From the NCBI GenBank assembly GCA_002269645.1, contig NIVC01000891.1:186001-250000 (forward strand): 64,000 nt of DNA. The letters run 5' to 3'. A program made the position numbers and the translations under genes. Each line of letters opens with the position of its first letter. Position 1 is the first letter of the stretch. A model generated the notes under the pieces. The model was not told where the DNA came from and did not search any database. It saw nothing but the letters and a program-made list of their open reading frames with translations. Source of the DNA: Macrostomum lignano. Its lineage: Eukaryota. Positions 22,404 through 35,100 of this stretch are shown in pieces.

Positions 22404-22900
22404 TCTGATACCCGTACAGACTCACTCTGATACCCGTACAGAATCACTCTGATACCCGTACAGACTCGCTCTGATACCCGTACAGACTCGCTCTGATACC
22501 CGTACAGACTCACTCTGATACCCGTACAGACTCACTCTGATACCCGTACAGACTCGCTCTGATACCCGTACAGACTCACTCTGATACCCGTACAGACTCA
22601 CTCTGATATCCGTACAGACTCGCTCTGATACCCGTACAGACTCACTCTGATACCCGTACAGACTCGCTCTGATACCCGTACAGACTCACTCTGATATCCG
22701 TACAGACTCGCTCTGATACCCGTACAGACTCGCTCTGATACCCGTACAGACTCACTCTGATACCCGTACAGACTCGCTCTGATACCCGTACAGACTCGCT
22801 CTGATACCCGTACAGACTCGCTCTGATACCCGTACAGACTCGCTCTGATATCCGCACAGACTCGCTCTGATATCCGCACAGACTCACTCTGATACCCGCA
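22404..22900. repeat. 22-bp minisatellite (CTCTGATACCCGTACAGACTCG)
   Basis: About 22 copies, downstream of the spectraplakin stop and probably in its 3' UTR. Confidence 0.93.
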
Positions 22901-23434
22901 CACTCTAAAAGTAAGATGCACCCAATAAAACATATTACTAAAAGTAAAAAATAGCATTGATACAGTGGCGGGTGGATACAATACACTGCATATGACTCAT
23001 GTTTTCACAGAAACAGTTGAAGCATTCAATGCTTGTAAATTATAAACAAATTTAGCTAAACAGAACAGGTCATACAAAACATGGAATAAAAAACAGTTCC
23101 TCGCAGGCAGTTGTGGACAGTTCAATATCTGGATTAATTTTATGCATGCACACGATTCGATTGTGGTGCAGTCGAACGAACAACACAGATGGAAGCAATA
23201 AACACAGGCAGCTAATGCAATGTCATCAAGTGTGTAGCAAAAACTATAATGAATTGGCTCAAAACAGATTGAAAAACCATCAGTAGACGGCATTTTGTTG
23301 GATTTTAAAAAAAAACTACTATAAGCAGAGTAGACGAAATTTCTATTTTTGGAATCGCGTTTGAATTCGTCTACTGACAGTAGCGAGCAAAGAAATGGAC
23401 AATTATCGTATATTTGACAAGATCAGTTCGGCTT

Positions 23435-23868
23435 TTATTTCTGGAAGAACATCGGCCTGGGAATCCGGCTGCCGCCGCCGCCGGCGCCGCTGCCCATGGA
23501 GCTGTGCCGGGACCGGGTGCCCGTGGCGCTGGTGCCGACCGAGCCCAGCTCGCTGAAGACGCTGTCCTCGGCGCCCTCGGACAGCTCCGATTCCGCTCGA
23601 CTGGGTGGCCGCAAACCGACGGAGCGTCCAGCAACACCGCCGGAGCTGGGCGTCGGCAGCAGGCTGCCCGGGGCGGCGGTCACCGGCCGGTAGGACGGCG
23701 ACAGGGCCGCTGCGCCTGCGGCTGCCGGAGACGCATGCTGTTGCTGTTGCTGTTGCTGCGGCTGCTGCTGCTGCCTCGGTCGCTTAGTAGAGAAGGCGGT
23801 CATGTTCTGGCTGACGTGGTCGGCCAGGACGAATCGCTCGCGCAGTTCCACGTTGGTTCGGCCTTTGG
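23435..23868 (-). CDS. Spectraplakin last coding exon ([11 protein letters not shown], polyQ, Ser-rich tail, SxIP)
   Basis: CTCTCAACAG acceptor, phase 1; ends [15 protein letters not shown]. Confidence 0.9.
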
Positions 23869-25569
23869 CTGTTGAGAGAAAAACACAGAATCACAGGGAA
23901 TTACGAGACTGAGGCTGGATTGCCTTGCTCATAGTTGATATATGACGACCTTTGTCAGGCTTATAAAGTTAATTAACAGGCAAAGGAAAACAATATGCTT
24001 AGCAAGTGTTGACAACAACAATCAGCTATCAGTGCAGAAGCTATCGACAAAACATAACGACGGAAATCTCCCGATGAAACGTTTGAGTCGCTAAAGAGTC
24101 ACTTCAACGGATCTATCAGATGGCCTACTATTAGTACCAGAGGGGAGGGATAGCGGGAAAGTGTCGGATATTCCGCAGGTGTACAGCGGCCTTGTGACTT
24201 TCTAATCGGCAGGGATGGGCACTTTCGGAGCCTTGAAGTTGTTTGGCCCTCATGGGTGCGAATGATGATGCGAGAGTCGTGGACACGACAGATAGAAATT
24301 GTCGTCTCGTGGCGCTTTGGTGGCTGGAGATTAGAGAAAATCATGCTAATACATCAGACAGGCCATGCGACAATAATACTATGGTAAATTGCAAAATAAA
24401 AGTACAAAGAGCACTACTAAACGTGCACTAACTAACTGTATAAAAGGACAATGAATAGCACGATGAAACGAATGCACTGAGCTGCTCAGCACTACACAGA
24501 TTGACAACAGGCAGGCTTACCACCGCACTCGTCAATGACCACAAAGGTAAACTGCATCTCTGCGACAGGTGAAAGCGATTGCAAACCGGTCAAAAACAAT
24601 GCGCTCAGCAATCTTTCGGTGTTGGCACTTTCCAAGAAAAAATGTTCATGCTTCTAACTACATATAGATGATGAAAAAATTAGTCAACTTTCGGACTTCA
24701 ATTCAAGCAAAGCCTCTTCATCACTGCCCGAAACTGGAACACCAGCTCTTGTTCATGCACTCTACATTACCAACCTGGTATTAAGCGTTTAAGCTTGGCA
24801 GGCAGCGGCCTGCCAACTACAATAACCTTGAATATGGTCATTGCGACTGGAAATTGTGCAGAATTGTTGATTTGTTATGTACAATATGGTAAGACAAGTG
24901 TAGCTTCTGGAGATACTGGCTGGTGCACGGAAACTGAAAAAAATCAGTTGCTTATATCAATGCATGACTCTTACTAACCACTACATACTACTGTAGATCC
25001 ATGTGTATAGCAGGAACTGCGGTGCAAATTTTGCGATTCTTCCACCCCGTGTCTCATGCAAACTTTTAACAAAATACAATGCAATCTTGAAGTGGAAAAT
25101 TAGCACCAGATCTGGGGAGCTGCAGCTTACGAGTGCAAGACTCCATGAACTCGTAGAAGACCACCGATGACATGTGGGCTACGGAGTGGCAGAGTGGCAG
25201 TGCAGTTGGATAGTTGATTATCTGTCTTAGTGTCTTAGTGTCTTAGTGTCTTAGTGTCTTAGAGTCTTAGTGTCTTAGTGTCTTAGAGTCTTAGTGTCTT
25301 AGTGTCTTAGAGTCTTAGTGTCTTAGTGTCGTGTCTTAGTGTCTTAGTGTCTTAGTGTAGTGTCTTAGTGTCTTAGAGTCTTAGAGTCCTAGTGTCTTAG
25401 AGTCTTAGTGTCTTAGTGTCTTAGAGTCTTAGTGTCTTAGTGTCTTAGAGTCTTAGTGTCTTAGTGTCTTAGTGTCTTAGAGTCTTAGTGTCTTAGTGTC
25501 TTAGAGTCTTAGTGTCTTAGTGTCTGTCTGTCTGTCTGTCTGTCTATCTGTCTGCCCGTCTGTCTGCCC

Positions 25570-25665
<96 letters not shown>

Positions 25666-25757
25666 GCCTGCCTGTCTGTCTGCCTGTCTGTCTGTCTGTC
25701 TGTCTGTCTGTCTGCCTGTCTGTCTGTCTGTCTGTCTGTCTGCCCGTCTGTCTGCCC

Positions 25758-25807
<50 letters not shown>

Positions 25808-25833
25808 GTGTCTGTCTGTCTGTCTGTCTGCCC

Positions 25834-25897
<64 letters not shown>

Positions 25898-25904
25898 GCC
25901 TGCC

Positions 25905-25941
<37 letters not shown>

Positions 25942-26068
25942 GCCTGTCTGTCTGTCTGTCTGTCTGTCTGCCCGTCTGTCTGCCCGTCTGTCTGTCTGTC
26001 TGTCTGTCTGTCTGCCCGTCTGTCTGTCTGCCTGTCTGTCTGTCTGTCTGTCTGTCTGTCTGCCTGCC

Positions 26069-26113
<45 letters not shown>

Positions 26114-29100
26114 GCCTGCCTGTCTGTCTGTCTGTCTTTCTATCTATCTTAGTGCCTGTCATAGTGGCCTACCGTCTATTTTTAATGTCTTTATTGCCTT
26201 AGCAGCAATCTCAGTGCCGGTCTGTTTGCCAGTCTGTCTCAGGCCTGAAATCATCATATCCGAATAATCGGACCAGCTAATGCACAGCTGGCAGGCAGCC
26301 AAGTGTAAATCCTGCTGATTTAATGACAAAGCGAGCCTACAGCCAGAGCTTCGCCGCTCACCTCTGCACGGGTCGTTCTTGACCAAGAACTCGTCCAACG
26401 GCTGCCAGCCGCCGCCCACGCGCACCATGACGGTGCTGTGCAGGATGCGCACCAGCCGCAGTTTCTGATTGTCGCCGAAGCTGTACTTGCCGTCGCCGAC
26501 TTTGCTGATCTTGTAGGGCCGATGGCAGGTGCAGGCGCTGGCTACGGAGCGCACCTTGTCGTGAATTTTCTCGCCCTCCGTGGTCGGCTCGCGGGGCCGC
26601 CAGCCGGGCTTCAGCGCCGAGATGAACTCGCGGTAGTCGATGAAGCCGTCGCCGTTCAGGTCGAAATGGTCGGCGACTCGCTCCATCTCCAGGCGGGACG
26701 TGGGGAACTCTGGGGAGGCGGGCGGATGGCGGCATAAAGATGGATGATCTATAAGATTTCAACAGCAGATGATCTATAAAATTCCAACAGCAGATGATCT
26801 ATAAGATTCCAGCAGTGGATGATCTATAAGATTCCAGCAGCAGATGATCTATAAGATTCCAACAGCAGATGATCTATAAGATTCCAACAGCAGATGATCT
26901 ATAAGATTCCAGCAGTGGATGATCTATAAGATTCCAACAGTGGATGATCTATAAGACTCAGCAGTGGATGATCTATAAGATTCCAACAGCAGATGATCTA
27001 TAAGATTCCAGCAGTGGATGATCTATAAGATTCCAACAGTGGATGATCTATAAGACTCCAACAGTGGATGATCTATAAGACTCCAACAGCAGATGATCTA
27101 TAAGATTCCAGCAGTGGATGATCTATAAGACTCTAACAGTGGATGATCTATAAGATTCCAACAGCAGATGATCTATAAGATTCCAACAGCAGATGATCTA
27201 TAAGATTCCAACAGCAGATGATCTATAAGATTCCAACAGTAGATGATCTATAAGACTCCAACAGCAGATGATCTATAAGATTCCAACAGCAGATGGTCTA
27301 TAAGATTCCAACAGCAGATGATCTATAAGATTCCAACAGCAGATGATCTATAAGATTCCAACAGCAGACGGTCTATAAGATTCCAACAGCAGATGATCTA
27401 TAAGATTCCAACAGCAGATGGTCTATAAGATTCCAACAGCAGATGATCTATAAGATTCCAACAGCAGATGATCTATAAGATTCCAAAGTGGATGATCTAT
27501 AAGATTCCAACAGCAGATGATCTATAAGATTCCAACAGCAGATGATCTATAAGATTCCAACAGCAGATGATCTATAAGATTCCAACAGCAGATGATCTAT
27601 AAGATTCCAACAGCAGATGGTCTATAAGATTCCAACAGCAGATGATCTATAAGATTCCAACAGCAGATGGTCTATAAGATTCCAACAGCAGATGGTCTAT
27701 AAGATTCCAACAGCAGATGATCTATAAGATTCCAACAGCAGATGGTCTATAAGATTCCAACAGCAGATGGTCTATAAGATTCCAACAGCAGACGGTCTAT
27801 AAGATTCCAACAGCAGATGATCTATATTCTATAAGATTCCAACAGCAGATGGTCTATAAGATTCCAACAGCAGATGATCTATAAGATTCCAACAGCAGAT
27901 GATCTATAAGATTCCAAAGTGGATGATCTATAAGATTCCAACAGCAGATGATCTATAAGATTCCAACAGCAGATGATCTATAAGATTCCAAAGTGGATGA
28001 TCTATAAGATTCCAACAGCAGATGGTCTATAAGATTCCAACAGCAGATGGTCTATAAGATTCCAACAGTGGATGATCTATAAGATTCCAACAGCAGATGA
28101 TCTATAAGATTCCAACAGCAGATGGTCTATAAGATTCCAACAGCAGATGATCTATAAGATTCCAACAGCAGATGATCTATAAGATTCCAACAGCAGATGA
28201 TCTATAAGATTCCAACAGTAGATGATCTATAAGACTCCAACAGCAGATGATCTATAAGATTCCAACAGCAGATGGTCTATAAGATTCCAACAGCAGATGA
28301 TCTATAAGATTCCAACAGCAGATGATCTATAAGATTCCAACAGCAGATGGTCTATAAGATTCCAACAGCAGATGATCTATAAGATTCCAACAGCAGATGG
28401 TCTATAAGATTCCAACAGCAGATGGTCTATAAGATTCCAACAGCAGATGATCTATAAGATTCCAACAGCAGATGGTCTATAAGATTCCAACAGCAGATGG
28501 TCTATAAGATTCCAACAGCAGATGGTCTATAAGATTCCAACAGTGGATGATCTATAAGATTCCAACAGCAGATGATCTATAAGACTCCAACAGCAGATGA
28601 TCTATAAGATTCCAACAGTGGATGATCTATAAGATTCCAAAGTGGATGATCTATAAGATTCCAACAGCAGATGATCTATAAGATTCCAAAGTGGATGATC
28701 TATAAGATTCCAACAGCAGATGATCTATAAGATTCCAACAGCAGATGGTCTATAAGATTCCAACAGCAGATGATCTATAAGATTCCAACAGCAGATGATC
28801 TATAAGATTCCAACAGCAGATGATCTATAAGATTCCAACAGTAGATGATCTATAAGACTCCAACAGCAGATGATCTATAAGATTCCAACAGCAGATGGTC
28901 TATAAGATTCCAACAGCAGATGATCTATAAGATTCCAACAGCAGATGATCTATAAGATTCCAACAGCAGACGGTCTATAAGATTCCAACAGCAGATGATC
29001 TATAAGATTCCAACAGCAGATGGTCTATAAGATACCAACAGCAGATGGTCTATAAGATTCCAACAGCAGATGATCTATAAGATTCCAAAGTGGAAGATCT

Positions 29101-32100
29101 ATAAGATTCCAACAGCAGATGGTCTATAAGATTCCAACAGCAGATGGTCTATAAGATTCCAACAGTGGATGATCTATAAGATTCCAACAGCAGATGATCT
29201 ATAAGATTCCAACAGCAGATGGTCTATAAGATTCCAACAGCAGATGATCTATAAGATTCCAACAGCAGATGATCTATAAGATTCCAACAGCAGATGGTCT
29301 ATAAGATTTCAGCAGCAGATGGTCTATAAGATTCCAACAGTGGATGATCTATAAGATTCCAACAGTGGATGATCTATAAGATTCCAACAGCAGATGGTCT
29401 ATAAGATTCCAACAGCAGATGGTCTATAAGATTTCAACAGTGGATGGTCTATAAGATTCCAACAGCAGATGATCTATAAGATTCCAACAGTGGATGATCT
29501 ATAAGACTCCAACAGCAGATGATCTATAAGATTCCAACAGTGGATGATTTATAAGACTCCAACAGCAGATGATCTATAAGATTCCAATAGCAGACGGTCT
29601 ATAAGACTCCAACAGCAGATGATCTATAAGATTCCAATAGCAGATGGTCTATAAGATTCCAGCAGTGGATGATCTATAAGACTCCAACAGCAGATGATCT
29701 ATAAGACTCCAACAGCAGATGATCTATAAGATTCCAACAGTGGATGATCTATAAGATTCCAGCAGTGGATGATCTATAAGACTCTAACAGCAGATGATCT
29801 ATAAGATTCCAATAGCAGATGGTGTATAAGACTCCAACAGCAGATGATCTATAAGATTCCAACAGTGGATGATCTATAAGATTCTAACAGTGGATGATCT
29901 ATAAGATTCCAGCAGTGGATGATCTATAAGACTCTAACAGCAGATGATCTATAAGACTCCAACAGCAGATGATCTATAAGATTCCAACAGCAGATGGTCT
30001 ATAAGACTCCAACAGCAGATGATCTATAAGATTCCAACAGCAGATGATCTATAAGATTCCAACAGTGGATGATCTATAAGATTCCAACAGCAGATGATCT
30101 ATAAGACTCCAACAGCAGATGATCTATAAGATTCCAACAGCAGATGGTCTATAAGATTCCAACAGCAGATGATCTATAAGATTCCAACAGCAGATGATCT
30201 ATAAGATTCCAACAGCAGACGGTCTATAAGATTCCAACAGCAGATGATCTATAAGATTCCAACAGCAGATGGTCTATAAGATTCCAACAGCAGATGATCT
30301 ATAAGATTCCAACAGCAGATGATCTATAAGATTCCAAAGTGGATGATCTATAAGATTCCAACAGCAGATGATCTATAAGATTCCAACAGCAGATGATCTA
30401 TAAGATTCTAACAGCAGATGATCTATAAGATTCCAACAGCAGATGATCTATAAGATTCCAACAGCAGATGGTCTATAAGATTCCAACAGCAGATGATCTA
30501 TAAGATTCCAACAGCAGATGGTCTATAAGATTCCAACAGCAGATGGTCTATAAGATTCCAACAGCAGATGATCTATAAGATTCCAACAGCAGATGGTCTA
30601 TAAGATTCCAACAGCAGATGGTCTATAAGATTCCAACAGCAGACGGTCTATAAGATTCCAACAGCAGATGATCTATATTCTATAAGATTCCAACAGCAGA
30701 TGGTCTATAAGATTCCAACAGCAGATGATCTATAAGATTCCAACAGCAGATGATCTATAAGATTCCAAAGTGGATGATCTATAAGATTCCAACAGCAGAT
30801 GATCTATAAGATTCCAACAGCAGATGATCTATAAGATTCCAAAGTGGATGATCTATAAGATTCCAACAGCAGATGGTCTATAAGATTCCAACAGCAGATG
30901 GTCTATAAGATTCCAACAGTGGATGATCTATAAGATTCCAACAGCAGATGATCTATAAGATTCCAACAGCAGATGGTCTATAAGATTCCAACAGCAGATG
31001 ATCTATAAGATTCCAACAGCAGATGATCTATAAGATTCCAACAGCAGATGATCTATAAGATTCCAACAGTAGATGATCTATAAGACTCCAACAGCAGATG
31101 ATCTATAAGATTCCAACAGCAGATGGTCTATAAGATTCCAACAGCAGATGATCTATAAGATTCCAACAGCAGATGATCTATAAGATTCCAACAGCAGATG
31201 GTCTATAAGATTCCAACAGCAGATGATCTATAAGATTCCAACAGCAGATGGTCTATAAGATTCCAACAGCAGATGGTCTATAAGATTCCAACAGCAGATG
31301 ATCTATAAGATTCCAACAGCAGATGGTCTATAAGATTCCAACAGCAGATGGTCTATAAGATTCCAACAGCAGATGGTCTATAAGATTCCAACAGTGGATG
31401 ATCTATAAGATTCCAACAGCAGATGATCTATAAGACTCCAACAGCAGATGATCTATAAGATTCCAACAGTGGATGATCTATAAGATTCCAAAGTGGATGA
31501 TCTATAAGATTCCAACAGCAGATGATCTATAAGATTCCAAAGTGGATGATCTATAAGATTCCAACAGCAGATGATCTATAAGATTCCAACAGCAGATGGT
31601 CTATAAGATTCCAACAGCAGATGATCTATAAGATTCCAACAGCAGATGATCTATAAGATTCCAACAGCAGATGATCTATAAGATTCCAACAGTAGATGAT
31701 CTATAAGACTCCAACAGCAGATGATCTATAAGATTCCAACAGCAGATGGTCTATAAGATTCCAACAGCAGATGATCTATAAGATTCCAACAGCAGATGAT
31801 CTATAAGATTCCAACAGCAGACGGTCTATAAGATTCCAACAGCAGATGATCTATAAGATTCCAACAGCAGATGGTCTATAAGATACCAACAGCAGATGGT
31901 CTATAAGATTCCAACAGCAGATGATCTATAAGATTCCAAAGTGGAAGATCTATAAGATTCCAACAGCAGATGGTCTATAAGATTCCAACAGCAGATGGTC
32001 TATAAGATTCCAACAGTGGATGATCTATAAGATTCCAACAGCAGATGATCTATAAGATTCCAACAGCAGATGGTCTATAAGATTCCAACAGCAGATGATC

Positions 32101-35100
32101 TATAAGATTCCAACAGCAGATGATCTATAAGATTCCAACAGCAGATGGTCTATAAGATTTCAGCAGCAGATGGTCTATAAGATTCCAACAGTGGATGATC
32201 TATAAGATTCCAACAGTGGATGATCTATAAGATTCCAACAGCAGATGGTCTATAAGATTCCAACAGCAGATGGTCTATAAGATTTCAACAGTGGATGATC
32301 TATAAGATTCCAACAGCAGATGATCTATAAGATTCCAACAGTGGATGATCTATAAGACTCCAACAGCAGATGATCTATAAGATTCCAACAGTGGATGATT
32401 TATAAGACTCCAACAGCAGATGATCTATAAGATTCCAATAGCAGACGGTCTATAAGACTCCAACAGCAGATGATCTATAAGATTCCAATAGCAGATGGTC
32501 TATAAGATTCCAGCAGTGGATGATCTATAAGACTCCAACAGCAGATGATCTATAAGACTCCAACAGCAGATGATCTATAAGATTCCAACAGTGGATGATC
32601 TATAAGATTCCAGCAGTGGATGATCTATAAGACTCTAACAGCAGATGATCTATAAGATTCCAATAGCAGATGGTGTATAAGACTCCAACAGCAGATGATC
32701 TATAAGATTCCAACAGTGGATGATCTATAAGATTCTAACAGTGGATGATCTATAAGATTCCAGCAGTGGATGATCTATAAGACTCTAACAGCAGATGATC
32801 TATAAGACTCCAACAGCAGATGATCTATAAGATTCCAACAGCAGATGGTCTATAAGACTCCAACAGCAGATGATCTATAAGATTCCAACAGCAGATGATC
32901 TATAAGATTCCAACAGTGGATGATCTATAAGATTCCAACAGCAGATGATCTATAAGATTCCAACAGTGGATGATCTATAAGATTCCAATAGCAGATGATC
33001 TATAAGATTCCAACAGTGGATGGTCTATAAGATTCCAACAGCAGATGATCTATAAGATTCCAACAGTGGATGATCTATAAGATTCCAACAGCAGATGATC
33101 TATAAGATTCCAACAGTGGATGGTCTATAAGATTCCAACAGCAGATGATCTATAAGATTCCAGCAGCAGATGATCTATAAGATTCCAACAGCAGATGATC
33201 TATAAGATTCCAGCAGTGGATGATCTATAAGATTCCAACAGTGGATGATCTATAAGACTCAGCAGTGGATGATCTATAAGATTCCAACAGTGGATGGTCT
33301 ATAAGATTCCAACAGCAGATGATCTATAAGATTCCAATAGCAGATGGTGTATAAGACTCCAACAGCAGATGATCTATAAGATTCCAACAGTGGATGATCT
33401 ATAAGATTCCAAAGTGGATGATCTATAAGATTCCAACAGCAGATGATCTATAAGATTCCAACAGTGGATGATCTATAAGATTCCAACAGTGGATGATCTA
33501 TAAGACTCCAACAGCAGATGATCTATAAGATTCCAATAGCAGACGGTCTATAAGACTCCAACAGCAGATGATCTATAAGATTCCAATAGCAGATGGTCTA
33601 TAAGATTCCAGCAGTGGATGATCTATAAGATTCCAATAGCAGATGATCTATAAGATTCCAGCAGTGGATGATCTATAAGATTCCAATAGCAGATGGTGTA
33701 TAAGACTCCAACAGCAGATGATCTATAAGATTCCAACAGTGGATGATCTATAAGATTCCAACAGTGGATGATCTATAAGATTCCAACAGTGGATGATCTA
33801 TAAGATTCCAAAGTGGATGATCTATAAGATTCCAACAGTGGATGATCTATAAGACTCCAACAGCAGATGATCTATAAGATTCCAATAGCAGATGATCTAT
33901 AAGATTCCAGCAGTGGATGATCTATAAGACTCCAATAGCAGATGATCTATAAGATTCCAGCAGTGGATGATCTATAAGATTCCAGCAGTGGATGATCTAT
34001 AAGACTCCAACAGCAGATGGTCTATAAGATTCCAATAGCAGATTGTCTATAAGACTCCAACAGCAGATGATCTATAAGACTCTAACAGCAGATGATCTAT
34101 AAGATTCCAACAGCAGATGATCTATAAGATTCCAACAGCAGATGATCTATAAGATTCCAGCAGTGGATGATCTATAAGACTCCAAAGGTTTGTTAAAATA
34201 ATAAAAAGGCGCAACTTCGCCCTCACTTCTACACCAAATGTTTGTAAACAGCTGATAAAATCAGAAATTCAACCAGCAGAAATGATAAAATAAATCTGGA
34301 ATAAAAAAAGCCCAACAGAAAAAACAGCCACCAACAAATCGCAAACTTGAATAACAAGGACTTCCAATCCTTACTGGACTGGACAGCGTTACGATTCCTC
34401 CGGCAATGATGAAATTTAGCTAGAAAAAAACACGGATGCGGTGGTTTAGCTGCTGGCTTGCACCCGCACCGCTCACACCACAAACTATGCTGAGAAATAC
34501 CCCGTGTCAAATGCAACCAGTCCAACTCACACCATAAACTATGCTGAGAAATACCCCGTGTCAAATGTAACCAGTCCAACTCACACCATAAACTATGCTG
34601 AGAAATACCCCGTGTCAAATGCAACCAGTCCAACTCACACCATAAACTATGCTGAGAAATACCCCGTGTCAAATGTAACCAGTCCAACTCACACCATAAA
34701 CTATGCTGAGAAATACCCCGTGTCAAATGCAACCAGTCCAACTCACACCATAAACTATGCTGAGAAATACCCCGTGTCAAATGCAACCAATCCAACTCAC
34801 ACCATAAACTATGCTGAGAAATCCCCCGTGTCAAATGTAACCAGTCCAACTCACACCATAAACTATGCTGAGAAATCCCCCGTGTCAAATGCAACCAGTC
34901 CAACTCACTGGAGTTCAACACGCCTTCAACGAAGTCTCGCCTGGTCAGCCGGCCGTCCCTGTCCGTGTCCAGTCGGCGGAAGAAGTCCTTGACGTTGAAC
35001 CGGCCGGCGCTCATCCACTCGTTGTAGCGCCCGAGCCACTCGTTAAAGTCGAAGGTCTTCAACCGGTTGACCTGGAGATTGAGATAAATTTGAGAAGGAT

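Noticed and set aside
24099-24344. 81-aa minus-strand ORF in the GAR-to-tail intron as an alternative terminal exon
   Set aside because: No convincing phase-1 acceptor and donor pair with a sensible product, and no homology.
10512-34186. Regular repeat arrays as possible CRISPR arrays
   Set aside because: Units are head-to-tail with no unique spacers, there are no cas genes, and the context is a spliced eukaryotic locus.
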